From: an uncultured virus (IMG/VR IMGVR_UViG_3300042868_007713)
Taxonomy: Duplodnaviria > Heunggongvirae > Uroviricota > Caudoviricetes
Reading direction: 5' to 3' (one strand)
Virus record (IMG/VR): IMGVR_UViG_3300042868_007713
Length of the DNA stretch: 64,000 nt
Shown here: piece by piece, positions 48,538-60,000 of the stretch
Numbering within the stretch: the stretch's first letter is position 1
Layout: each line of letters starts with the position of its first letter
Made by a program: the position numbers and the translations under genes
Notes under the pieces: generated by a model
What the model was told of the DNA's origin: nothing
Databases searched by the model: none
What the model saw: only the letters and a program-made list of their open reading frames with translations

Positions 48538-51500
48538 ATGACAAAGCAAGACATATTAAATACCACAGGTTTATCAGAAGAAGAATTTTATCAAAGATAC
48601 CCTGACCAAGAAACTTTTTGTTCTGAATATCCTGACATGTGTCCTGAAATGATGGATGATAATGATGAAGAAAATATTAGTAATTATCAAAATTTAGGAT
48701 ATAATGAAGATGAAATAAATATGGCTGCTTATGGTGGTTCATTATATGAAGCTCAAAATGGTGTTCAAACTATTGCACCATATACAGATTACAACCAGTA
48801 TAAAAATGCTATGCAAACTTATGGTACTGAATCTGCTAAAGCAAATACATATAATAATTTTCAAAATGATTTATATAGTCAATCTGGAAAACCAAGAGGT
48901 TTTTCTGAAACTCCTAGACAAATGGGAGATATGTTTAATAATTTGTCACCTGCACAACAAGATGCTATGGCTGCAAAATATAATTTTGAATTTGTACCAG
49001 CTGGTACACCTAGTGCTAATAGAAGAAATTATATAAACAGCATGGAGATGAATGTTCCTGGTAAAGGGATGGGTTATTATTCATTTCCTACAAATGATGT
49101 TGTATATGGAAGTAAAGTATTAGAAAGACCTAATTATGAATTTTCTAGAATGGTTGCACCACAATATAAAATGCCACCAGCACCTAAAAAGTTTGCTATT
49201 GAACCTGCACAATTAATTAATAATATAGGAGCTAGTTATAAAGATCCTGCAAGTTTAAATGCAAGTAATGGTAATTTACCTATTCCAAAATATTCATTAA
49301 ATAAAACAATGGAAAAAGTAGGTGCTACAAATCAACCTATTGTAAGATCTACCCCAAATTATAAAAGTATTGTTGATTTACTTAAAGCTAGAAAACAAGA
49401 TTCATCTTTTACAAATAGAAAAAAATTAGCTGAAGAAAGAGGTATAAAGAATTATACAGGTACCGCTAGTCAAAACATGGAACTTATTAATAATATAGAT
49501 AATTTTAATCCATATAATTCAGGAATGAAATTAGGTGGTGTAAACATTCATCCTGCTATGAGAACTAATTTTAAACAAGGTGGTTATTATGGAATGGATG
49601 GTAGATTACATAGAGCAAAAGGATCTGGTACATATGTAATGAATGGCGGTTATTATTTTGACCCAGGTGGTGAAAGTACTGCACCTCCTGTTACTGGTTC
49701 TCCTACAACTTCAGGTTTAATAGAAGATAATTCAACATCTACAGGATCAATGATGAAATATGATAATATGCCTAATGAAGATGGTAGTATTAATATTGAT
49801 CCAAATGAAAAATATACTTTTGATGAAGAACCGGAAGAAAAAGGTGCATTTTTTGGTAATAATCAAATGCCAAGTGCAAGACAACAAAGAAGACAAGCAA
49901 GAAGAAATGCACCATATGAAACACCTGATTTAGGTGGATTAGATTTTGAATATGAAGAAGAACAACAACAAGAAGAACCTATAGTTGAACCTTATGATGC
50001 ATCTCAATATTCTAGTGCAGTTAATCCTGCTACAGGATTTACTACATGGTCAAAAAATAATCAACAACTTACTAATATTAAAAAACAAGACCCTGCTTTA
50101 TGGGGTCATCTTAAAGATGAAGGTCATGGTGCAAGATGGAGAACAGGACAAACTGATATACAAAAATTTGGTAGAGGTGCTGGTAGACTTGCAAATAATT
50201 TACAAACAGGTATTGATGTAGCTAGTGCATTTGGAAATGTTTTAAATAATAGAAATGAACAAAGAAACTTAAATAATACTGCTATTAATCAAGGTAGTAC
50301 AGCATCTATGTATACAAATCCACAAGCTGCCGGTAAAGGTAATTATGGTCAAACAGGTTCTAGTTATGGTATGATGAATCCAAGTTCTATTGGTGCACGT
50401 TCATTTAAAGGAATGTACGGTAAATATGGTATGCAAGTTCCTAAATATGATATTGGTGGTGGATTTAGTAATTTATTTACATCTGCTCAATCAGTAGTTC
50501 CTATTAATAATCCTATAAATTTAATGCCTGCTAATTTATCTTTTACAAATAGTGGTTTTAGTCCTTTTCAAAATAATCAACCTATTATAGATAATACAGG
50601 TGTATATCAAAACAACGCAGTAGTTAATGAAACAAATAGTAATACTAATAATAGTACTACTTTAGATCCTGATTTTGCTTTACAAGCAATGGGTTTATCT
50701 GAAACTAGTTCAAAACCTGGTGAAAGTAAAACTGGTTTACGTACAAAAATAGTAGGAGAAGGTGGTAAAAGAGCAAGTGCTTCAGGTACATTTCAAATTA
50801 CAAATGATACATTACAGGATATTTATAACAATGATAAATCTATTAGTTCTAAATATGGTTCTTTTAATAAATTTAAATCTGCTTTTGATACTGATGCTAA
50901 AGTTGAATATGGAGCTGCCAGATCTTTAATGACTAGACATATTCAAAATTATGGTATATTTGCATTAGGTGCTTGGTATTATCCTGAATTTGCTAGAAAA
51001 GCAGCAGCAGGTGATAAATCTGTATTTGATATTGTACCAAGAAGGGATTTTGGAAATAGTGTAAAATGGGGTGATGACTTTAATAAAAAATTAAAAGCTT
51101 ATAATAAATTAGCTGGTACTAATTATACACCAACTACTGTATTTAATGCACCATCACGTGTTGCACAAACTTCTAAAACTTCTAAAGGTAATAAACCACA
51201 TAAACAACAAGGAACTTCATGGCATGCAGATTATAATAGATTTGAAAATCCTATGTTAAGACCAACTCTTAATGACGTTATGAAATTATTTCCTGGTACA
51301 TCACTTAATGGTATTTGGCCAAGAAAAGAACATCTTGAAAAAAATCCTAATAGTGATCATAATACAGGTGATGGATTAGATATTACTATTCAAAATATAG
51401 ATCAAGGAAATAAAGTTGCTGAAAAATTAATTAGAGAAGCAAAAGATAGAAATATTAAATATATAATATTTAATAACCGAATATGGAATGCTAAAACAAA

Positions 51501-51663
51501 TACATGGAGTGCTTATACTGGAGATAATCCTCACAAAACACATGTTCATGCAAGTTTTAATCCATATAGAAAAAAACAATTAGGTGGTCAAGTAGTAGAA
51601 ATGGATGAAGATGAAATTACACAATTTTTAAAAGCTGGTGGTCAGTTAGAATTTTTAGATTAA
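48538..51663 (+). CDS. Modular cargo protein C with DUF3597-like, lysozyme/SLT-like and M15-like peptidase domains
   Basis: SIVDLLK...DSSF..RKKLA...NYTGTASQN; GLSETS...ASGTFQI; SDHNTGDGLDI...HKTHVH; xxxGG delimiters. Confidence 0.7.
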   Translation: MTKQDILNTTGLSEEEFYQRYPDQETFCSEYPDMCPEMMDDNDEENISNYQNLGYNEDEINMAAYGGSLYEAQNGVQTIAPYTDYNQYKNAMQTYGTESAKANTYNNFQNDLYSQSGKPRGFSETPRQMGDMFNNLSPAQQDAMAAKYNFEFVPAGTPSANRRNYINSMEMNVPGKGMGYYSFPTNDVVYGSKVLERPNYEFSRMVAPQYKMPPAPKKFAIEPAQLINNIGASYKDPASLNASNGNLPIPKYSLNKTMEKVGATNQPIVRSTPNYKSIVDLLKARKQDSSFTNRKKLAEERGIKNYTGTASQNMELINNIDNFNPYNSGMKLGGVNIHPAMRTNFKQGGYYGMDGRLHRAKGSGTYVMNGGYYFDPGGESTAPPVTGSPTTSGLIEDNSTSTGSMMKYDNMPNEDGSINIDPNEKYTFDEEPEEKGAFFGNNQMPSARQQRRQARRNAPYETPDLGGLDFEYEEEQQQEEPIVEPYDASQYSSAVNPATGFTTWSKNNQQLTNIKKQDPALWGHLKDEGHGARWRTGQTDIQKFGRGAGRLANNLQTGIDVASAFGNVLNNRNEQRNLNNTAINQGSTASMYTNPQAAGKGNYGQTGSSYGMMNPSSIGARSFKGMYGKYGMQVPKYDIGGGFSNLFTSAQSVVPINNPINLMPANLSFTNSGFSPFQNNQPIIDNTGVYQNNAVVNETNSNTNNSTTLDPDFALQAMGLSETSSKPGESKTGLRTKIVGEGGKRASASGTFQITNDTLQDIYNNDKSISSKYGSFNKFKSAFDTDAKVEYGAARSLMTRHIQNYGIFALGAWYYPEFARKAAAGDKSVFDIVPRRDFGNSVKWGDDFNKKLKAYNKLAGTNYTPTTVFNAPSRVAQTSKTSKGNKPHKQQGTSWHADYNRFENPMLRPTLNDVMKLFPGTSLNGIWPRKEHLEKNPNSDHNTGDGLDITIQNIDQGNKVAEKLIREAKDRNIKYIIFNNRIWNAKTNTWSAYTGDNPHKTHVHASFNPYRKKQLGGQVVEMDEDEITQFLKAGGQLEFLD

Positions 51664-51673
51664 ATTTGCAATA

Positions 51674-53806
51674 ATGAAATACAAAGTAAAAATATTAAAA
51701 CAGCCTAAATATCAATATGGCGGTAATATGCAACAACAAGAACTTAATCCTGAACAAATTGTTCAAGGTGTTGCTGCAATGTTGCAACAAGGAGCACAAC
51801 CAGAAGAAGTTGCTAAACAATTAATTCAAATGGGTTTACCTCAAGAACAGGTAATAGAAATTATACAAAATGTAATGCAACAATTGCAAGGTGAAGGTGG
51901 TCAAGAAGAAATGCAACCTGATATGCAACAACAAATGGGTTATGGAGAAGAAGAAGATGAAGAAGAAGAAATGCCTGCAGCTGCATACGGTGGACAAATG
52001 GGTTATGGATTAGATCTTGGTTCTAGAAGATTATGGATGAATCAAGATGATGATGAACAATCTATGGTAAATAGAAGTATTAAAGAAGTACCTAGAAATG
52101 AAGCTAATATTGAAGCAGAAGGTGGTGAAACTGCTTTAATACCAAACAGTAATGATAATACGTATTCTCATTTTAATATACAAGGTAAAAGACATACTAA
52201 TGGAGGTGTGCCTTTAAATGTACCTGAAGGAACTTTTATTTATTCAGATACTAAAAAAATGAAGTTAGGTGGTTCTGTATTAAAAGTATTTGGCAAGTCA
52301 GATAAAACATCTAAAAAATATACACCTGCTGATTTAGCTAAACAATATAATTTAAATAAATATACTGCTATATTAGAAAGTCCTAAAACAAGTCAACTTG
52401 AAAAAAGAACAGCAGAGTTGATGATACAAAATTATAATAAAAAATTAGCACAGTTAGCTTTAGTACAAGAAAGTAAAAAAGGGTATCCTCAAGGTATACC
52501 AAAAGTAGCTGAAGAATATTATGCTAAAACTAAAGAATATATAGAAAGTCAACAAACATCTAAATTACCAAATAATAACCGTATGCAATATGGTGGTGAA
52601 GGTTTTGATCCATATATGGAACAACCTCAAGCTATGTATGGTATGGGCTTTAAATATGGTGGAGGTTTAAAAAAATTTCAAGGTGATAAAGAAGGTAGTG
52701 AAGTAAAAAAACCTAGTTGGCATATAGATATGGAAAAAGGACCGGTTATTAAAGAAAAAAGAAATTCTAATGCACAACCTATTTTTACACCTAGTGAAGA
52801 AGATAATGATTTACCTATACCTCCTTCTAATGATAATTTAAATTATTCTGGACCAAGTTTAACTTCAAATAAACTTTTTACTAATTATAAATTAGGAATG
52901 CAAAATACACCAAATTATAATGATCCTACATTATCTAAAATTGATTTAGGTATGCAACAAAATAGAAAATATTTTGATCCAAATTTATTAAAAATAAATT
53001 ACGAACCTAAAAAATTAAATTTTTATAAAAAAGAAGATAATGAAGATGAAGATTATACTAAATATAAACAAGGAATAAAATACGGCAGAAGTAATATAGA
53101 TAAAAGAAATATAGCACTTGCATTATTAAATAAACCTTATATAGGTCCTAGACCTACTAAATCTACTGCAAAATTTCAAAGAGCTGAAACAACATATCTT
53201 GATCCTTCAAGAGCATTAGCTGCAAATGCTGAACAGTATAATGCAGCAAGACAAGCAGCAGCAATGTTTGCAGGACCACAGTCTAGATATAGTTTTAATG
53301 CAGGACAATTTGGTAAAAATGCAGCAGATATTATTGGTCAGTATGGTAATCAAAATGTTCAATTAGGAAATATTGCAGCTAATCAAGCAACTGATACTAA
53401 TAATAAACAAATAATGTATGATGCTGAACAAGATAGACTTTTAAGAAATGCTGAATCTATATATGGACAAAATTTAAATGAATCACAAAGAAATTATCTT
53501 AAAGGAATAACAGCTGCTATAAATACAGCTGATAAAAATGCAGCTGATATATATAATTTAAATATGTCAGAAAGTCCTTATTATGCTATAGATCCTTCAA
53601 CTTACCGTATGGGTTTTCATACTCCAAAATCTATGAGAGCATTTTATAATCAAAAAAATAATAATAATTCTAATAGTGATTATGATGCAATGGTAGCAGC
53701 AGGTTTTGATAATTTTGATGATTGGTCTAAAAGTTTAGGATATGCTAGTTATGATCAATTAATGAAAGCTAGAAGTTCAAATCAAAGAAATACTAGAAAA
53801 GCTTAG
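51674..53806 (+). CDS. Cargo protein D with xxxGG motifs and a conserved EAEGGE...G.RH..GGV domain
   Basis: YQYGG, AAYGG, MQYGG and FKYGG; Gln-rich helical module; Asn/Gln/Ala-rich C-terminal helices. Confidence 0.65.
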   Translation: MKYKVKILKQPKYQYGGNMQQQELNPEQIVQGVAAMLQQGAQPEEVAKQLIQMGLPQEQVIEIIQNVMQQLQGEGGQEEMQPDMQQQMGYGEEEDEEEEMPAAAYGGQMGYGLDLGSRRLWMNQDDDEQSMVNRSIKEVPRNEANIEAEGGETALIPNSNDNTYSHFNIQGKRHTNGGVPLNVPEGTFIYSDTKKMKLGGSVLKVFGKSDKTSKKYTPADLAKQYNLNKYTAILESPKTSQLEKRTAELMIQNYNKKLAQLALVQESKKGYPQGIPKVAEEYYAKTKEYIESQQTSKLPNNNRMQYGGEGFDPYMEQPQAMYGMGFKYGGGLKKFQGDKEGSEVKKPSWHIDMEKGPVIKEKRNSNAQPIFTPSEEDNDLPIPPSNDNLNYSGPSLTSNKLFTNYKLGMQNTPNYNDPTLSKIDLGMQQNRKYFDPNLLKINYEPKKLNFYKKEDNEDEDYTKYKQGIKYGRSNIDKRNIALALLNKPYIGPRPTKSTAKFQRAETTYLDPSRALAANAEQYNAARQAAAMFAGPQSRYSFNAGQFGKNAADIIGQYGNQNVQLGNIAANQATDTNNKQIMYDAEQDRLLRNAESIYGQNLNESQRNYLKGITAAINTADKNAADIYNLNMSESPYYAIDPSTYRMGFHTPKSMRAFYNQKNNNNSNSDYDAMVAAGFDNFDDWSKSLGYASYDQLMKARSSNQRNTRKA

Positions 53807-53878
53807 TTTTTAAACTTATAATAGTTAGTTTTTTAGTTTTAACTTTTTAAAGTATATTTATATTAATATTAATAAATT

Positions 53879-56800
53879 ATGGCAACGTATTTACCAGGGG
53901 TAACCGATAGTGGATTTAATCCAGTACTTTCTTCACCCAACCTTCCTTTTTTAATGAGTGCTTTGCAAAAAGTAACTGCTAGATATGAAAAGAATTATGA
54001 TGAAATGTCTCAAGGATACAGTAGTATCTTAAATGCTGATATTATTAATGATGTAAAAAGTAAAGAAAGAAATGGGTATTTAGATAAAATTAAAGATAAA
54101 TTAAAAACTATTTCAACTACTGATCTTTCTGTACAATCAAACATTGATGAAGCAAATAGTTTATATACTCCTTTTTGGGAAGACAAAAGTATGTTGGCAC
54201 ATATAGCAGATACTAAAGCTAGAAAAAATCAATTATTACAACAAGAAAAAATAAAAAAAGAACATCCAGATTATGATAATTATACACCAACAACGGTGAT
54301 GAATTATTATATGAATAAAATTAAAACAGCAGAAAATCCAGATATTATTAATCAAACACCTTTAATAAGTGCTGTAGCTTTAAAAAACAATCCAAAAGAA
54401 TTTCAAGAATGGCTTAAAAAAAATGAATGGAAACAAGAAGCTAGTGTTGCACAAGATGGTCGTATATATAAACAAATTAATGGTGATGATTCACTTCATT
54501 CTTATAGTGAACTATTTAGAACATATTTAGGTAATTCTGCACAAGACCAATATAACATGTATGGTGAATATTTTAAAATACAAGCTATTCAAGATATTCA
54601 AGCTGATTCAAAAAAAAATTTAGGAATAGATATTTCAGATGAAGAAGCTGTAAAAAAAATTCCAGATTATTATATTAAAGAACAATTAAAAAATTATGAT
54701 TTAAAAAAAGAAAATTTATTAAATGAAATATCTGTAGTTGAAAAAAATATAAAAAATTTTGGTTCAGACCCTTTAAGATTAAAAGCATTTAATGAAAAAT
54801 TAATATTAATTGATGATGCTTTTACAGAAATAAATAAAGAATATGATATTTTAAAAAATCAAGGTGGTACTGATGAAAAAGGTAAAGAAAAATATAAGGA
54901 GCTTGTTAATAATATAATAAAAAATCCTACTAATTTTTTTGCAAGTATGACATTAGATAAAGATATACAAAATGCTGCAAAAATGGCAGCAAGTAATCAA
55001 TCATTAACTATTAGTACTGATGAAGCAACTTTTAAAATGCTTGAATTACAACAAAAATCAAATGAATTTGTACAAACACTAGACTATAAATATAAGGCTT
55101 TAGCAGCTAAAATGCAAGAAGATGCAGATGGTAATTTAACATCATCAACAAAAGAAGGAAAAGGTAAAGATGGTGATGCTGAAACTAAATGGGAAAATGC
55201 TGTACCTACTGTAAATAAAGCAGAATCTAATAATGATATTGCATCAGCTGTTACAAGATTTGAAAAGATAATAAAAACTGATATTGATGAAGGTATGGAT
55301 GCTATAGTAAATGTTGTACAATCTACTAATTCAGATATTTTTTCAGGTATAATAACACCTCAAGAAATGGGTATTATAGCAAAAAATTATCAATCCGGTG
55401 AAGTTGATAAAGATTATAATACAATACTTGATAAAGCAAAAAAAAGTTTATTACTTAAAAATAATATTTCAAAAGAAGCTGTTAATAATATTAAAAATTC
55501 TGCCGGATTAATAATGGTATTAGGAGATTATTATGCTGCTAATATTCAAGAAAAAATAAATAAAAAAGCACTTAATGTTAAAAACGGTACACCTGATAAA
55601 GATTTAGATGCTAGTATATTAGATGATTATAAAAATTATACTGTAATAGAAACAGCAAAAACAAAAATAAATAATGCATATGCTTCTAAAAATGAATTTG
55701 ATTTAGCTTTAAGTAATAAAATTCAAAGTAATCCTGACTATTATAAAAAAATTGCTTATACTGATAAAAAAGGTGTAACTAAATTATTAACAGGAGAAGT
55801 TTTATCTAATGCATTAAAAGAAAGATCAGATGATATATCACGTAAATATGGTTTAAAAGCAAATAATCCTAAATTACCTGTTAATTTAGCACAAATGTAT
55901 ATTGACGGTACATTAAATATTATACCAAAAATAGTTATATCTGAAAATAGTCCAAACTTTAATAAAAATCCTTTAGTAAGTAAAGGAGGACAACCTAATA
56001 AAGAGTATAAAAATGAATATCAGTTTTTTGTAATTGATCCTGAAACAAAACTTGAATATAATGTTACACCAATTGTAAATTTTTATGGTAAACCAAAAGA
56101 ATTGCATGAAAGATTACGTAAAACAATAGATTCAGATAAATCATTAATACCTTCTAAATTATACAAAGGAATTACTGAAAGAACAGGTCAAATGGGAAGA
56201 ACAATAACATGGACTTCTTCCATAAGAAGTGATAAAGATGTTGCTGATAAACTTACAAATGATTTTTTACAGAATATTAAAGGTAATGTTATACAAATAG
56301 ATGATAATTATAGTGTAATAAATGCTAGTGAAGACTTAGCTGAAAAATTAAATTCTGATGTTATACCTGAAATAATATCAAATCCAACAAAAGGACTTAC
56401 TGCTTTTAAATACAATCCTATAGGTTCAGTTGATCCTAGTAAAAGAAATATTACATTAGTTTATGATCAAACTGTGTTATTAGGTAAAGATGCAAAAAAA
56501 TTAAAAAATTTAGGATGGGATGGAAGTGTTACATTTGAAATTAGATCAGATGCAGAATTACCAGGATTACCAAAAGTAGCAAGTGGTTCTTTTTATGATA
56601 TGTTATTAAGTGGCAATACTAAAGGAATAAAACAAACAAAAGTAGATGAAGATTTTGGATTAAAATATGAAATGTATAAAGATCAAAATAATCAAATACA
56701 ATATAAAATAGGTTATCAAGATATAGTTGTAGATAAAGAAACAAATGTATTATCTTATGTTTGGAAATCTTTTAATTTAGCAGAAAATAAAACTGGACCA

Positions 56801-57019
56801 TATAGTGAAAATGGTGGGTTTTCTGTATTACCTTCTAATGTAACAATAGAAGATGTAATTGAAAGAGCACGGCAAGTTATGTATTCTTCAATAATACCAA
56901 ATAATAATACAACAATACAAAAACATTATCCTAGCACACCACCAGTTTCTATAACTGATCAAAAAACTATTGATGAATTAAATAAAAGTAATAATAACAT
57001 ATTAAATAAATATAGATAA
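53879..57019 (+). CDS. Large virion cargo (ejection) protein
   Basis: 1046 aa, helical, MATYLPGVTD start; position before the giant cargo proteins. Confidence 0.6.
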   Translation: MATYLPGVTDSGFNPVLSSPNLPFLMSALQKVTARYEKNYDEMSQGYSSILNADIINDVKSKERNGYLDKIKDKLKTISTTDLSVQSNIDEANSLYTPFWEDKSMLAHIADTKARKNQLLQQEKIKKEHPDYDNYTPTTVMNYYMNKIKTAENPDIINQTPLISAVALKNNPKEFQEWLKKNEWKQEASVAQDGRIYKQINGDDSLHSYSELFRTYLGNSAQDQYNMYGEYFKIQAIQDIQADSKKNLGIDISDEEAVKKIPDYYIKEQLKNYDLKKENLLNEISVVEKNIKNFGSDPLRLKAFNEKLILIDDAFTEINKEYDILKNQGGTDEKGKEKYKELVNNIIKNPTNFFASMTLDKDIQNAAKMAASNQSLTISTDEATFKMLELQQKSNEFVQTLDYKYKALAAKMQEDADGNLTSSTKEGKGKDGDAETKWENAVPTVNKAESNNDIASAVTRFEKIIKTDIDEGMDAIVNVVQSTNSDIFSGIITPQEMGIIAKNYQSGEVDKDYNTILDKAKKSLLLKNNISKEAVNNIKNSAGLIMVLGDYYAANIQEKINKKALNVKNGTPDKDLDASILDDYKNYTVIETAKTKINNAYASKNEFDLALSNKIQSNPDYYKKIAYTDKKGVTKLLTGEVLSNALKERSDDISRKYGLKANNPKLPVNLAQMYIDGTLNIIPKIVISENSPNFNKNPLVSKGGQPNKEYKNEYQFFVIDPETKLEYNVTPIVNFYGKPKELHERLRKTIDSDKSLIPSKLYKGITERTGQMGRTITWTSSIRSDKDVADKLTNDFLQNIKGNVIQIDDNYSVINASEDLAEKLNSDVIPEIISNPTKGLTAFKYNPIGSVDPSKRNITLVYDQTVLLGKDAKKLKNLGWDGSVTFEIRSDAELPGLPKVASGSFYDMLLSGNTKGIKQTKVDEDFGLKYEMYKDQNNQIQYKIGYQDIVVDKETNVLSYVWKSFNLAENKTGPYSENGGFSVLPSNVTIEDVIERARQVMYSSIIPNNNTTIQKHYPSTPPVSITDQKTIDELNKSNNNILNKYR

Positions 57020-60000
57020 TGCCAGGACCAACACCAACATATAACCCTTCTGTTTTAAAAGATTTATTTAGACCTACTCCAGAAATATATAAACCTCCTG
57101 TTTCACCAGGAGCTATTAATTTTAGTCTTCCTGTTTCTGGACATGGTGATATTGCTTTTCCATATTCTTATGGTGGTAAAAGAGCACCTAATAATCCTAT
57201 GGGTGAAGGTCTTAAAGATTTATTTAATTCTGGTCCAACAGAAAGATTTATGACTAGCAGTATTAATTATAATGCTGATGAAATAAATGCTGCAAGATAT
57301 GTTACATCTCCTGATTATTTAAAGCTTGGTATTTCTTTAAGTGGAGATAATGAAGAAAGATATGGTCAAAATCAATCTTGGTCTGAAGTATTATCTAACG
57401 GATTTTCTGGTATGGGTAAACTTGCTGCTAATGGATTTGTAGATGGATGGAAACAATGGGGTAGAACAACAGATGCTTTAATACATTGGGATTGGGATAG
57501 GTTACATGGTGATGCTGAATCTATGTTAGAATTAGATAATAAGCTTAAAGATATTATGAATTCTAATCCTATATATGCAACAAAAGAAGGTTCAGAAACA
57601 TTTTGGAATAGACAAACTTTTGGTAACTTTTTACAACAATCTGGTTTTGCGGTAGGTGCTGGTATACAAGTGTTATCTGAACAGATATTAACTAAAGCAA
57701 TAGAAGCTGGTTTAACCCTTACAGGATTTGGAGCACCTGGAGCAGCAGGCTTAGAACTTGTAACTGATGTAAAATCAGCTGCTACTATTGCTAGAATTGG
57801 TAATTTTTTTAATAAAAGTAAAGAATTTTTTAATACTTCTAAAGCTATAAAAAATTTAAAAAAATTACATGATACATGGACAAATGAAGCTATTGTTAAA
57901 AATTTTGCTACTAAGTTAGGACAAAAAATTCCTGGTGTTGATATTGCAATGGATATTAGCAAAACATTTAGAACAGGTATGGATGCAGGATTATCTGGTA
58001 CACAATTAGCAGGTGATATTGCAAAAGTTGGTTTAGGTGGACTTAAACGTACAATGTCTGAAGCAAACTTTGCATTTACAGAAGCAAGAATGGAAGCTGC
58101 TGGAACATTTAGTGATTTGTATAGTCAAATGCAAGATGATTATTTTAAACGTACAGGTACATTTGCACAAGGTAATGAATTACAAAATTTACAAGATATT
58201 GCCATGCAAGCTGCTGATAAAAATTTTAATTTTAATAGTGCTGTATTAGCTGTATCTAACCGTATAATGTTTGATAATGTTTTTAAAAATTCTAAAATAA
58301 CTTCTAAAATACTTTCTCAATTTGGAGAAGATGTAGGAGAAAAAGGATTTAAAGTGTTAGGTAAAATTAATGGTAGAACAACCAGTCAATATTATACAGG
58401 AAATGTTTTTTCAAATTTTAAAACAATAGCTGCTGATTTTGGTACAAGAAAAGCAAGAACAGTTTTAGCTAAATCTATAATGAAACCTGCTTTAAAATTT
58501 GAATTTACAGAAGGTATACAAGAATTAATACAAGAAGGTTCTGCTGAATATTATAAAGATTATTATTTAAATTCTTATAAAGCAACATATAATCCTGATA
58601 TAGAAGTTAGTTCAAAAAAAAGTTTAGACAAAGCAATTTCTTCTCAAATGACTATGCAAGGTTTAAAAACATTTGCATCAGGTGCTTTAACAGGAATGTT
58701 AATACATGGCCCTACTGTTTTAGTTAGTAAAGGAGGAAAAAAAATAGGAGAAAAAATTACAGATGCTTATAAAACAAAAGGATTAACTGAAGAAAAAAAA
58801 GAAGAATACTTTAAAAATAAAAAAGAAAGTAAAGATGAATTAAAAAATTATTATAATGAATTTAATGCTATAGCTAAAGATCCTTCTAAGTTTTTTTCTG
58901 AATCTATTAAAAATTTTAATGTACAAAAAGAAGGTGCTTCTGCATTAGATGAAGCAGCTAAACTTGGAGATAAATTTGCTTATGAAAATATACGTACAGA
59001 TATGTTACATAGTATGGTTTCACAAGCTGTAAGAAATGATACACATGAAGCATTAGCTGATACATTAAGAGAATATGGTAAACATATGTCTAAAGAAGAA
59101 TTTGAACAAGCCTTTGTTGGTTTAGATTATAATTCTGAAAACAAAAAATCTACTGCTGACTATACAGAAAAAGTTGCAAAATCTGTAGAATCATATGCAA
59201 AAATTTATAATAAGTTACAAGATAAGTATGGTCCTAGAGTAAATCCTAATAGATATGCATATGGGTCAAAAGAATTTAATAAAGAAGCTTCTAAAAAACA
59301 AGTTCTTAATAGTATGATTGATATGCTTGCAAGTAATGAATTTAAATCTATGGATGCTTTAGAAAGATCATTAAATTTATATAGTAAAGCAGGTGCTCAT
59401 AAATCATTAGGTTCATCTTTAGCTTCTGCTTATACTATATTAGGTTCAGAAAGTAATATTAAAAAAGAAATGTCTGTATTAGATCTTGAAATAGAAACTA
59501 AAAATGAACAATTAAAAGCTGAAGGTATTACTAAAGATAGTAAAGATAAATTAAAAAAAGAAATTGAATTAAAAGAAAAGCAAAAAGAATCACTTCAAGA
59601 ATGGTTAGATAATAAAGAAGAACTTGTAGATGAAAGAAAAGTAACTAAATCATATAATGCATTTAAAAATTATTTAGAATTAAAAAATAAAGAATTTGGA
59701 AAAAACATTACTGTAAACATAAATGAAGTAGAAGATTTATTTGTAGAATTTAATGATTATATAAAATTAAATAAAAAAAGTCAAAAGCATGTTGATGCAA
59801 TAAATATGCTTTCTAATCCTAGATATTTTGATCAGGTTTATACAAAAATGGTAGTGGGTTCAGAATTAGCTTATCATCAATTATTACAAGAAGCAGCTAA
59901 TAAAGAAATTAAAGCAGGTCTTTCTGAACCAAATAAACATTTTATTATGGAATCTAATGGAAGCTACGGAATATTTACACCAAGTGGGGAAGTATTAACT

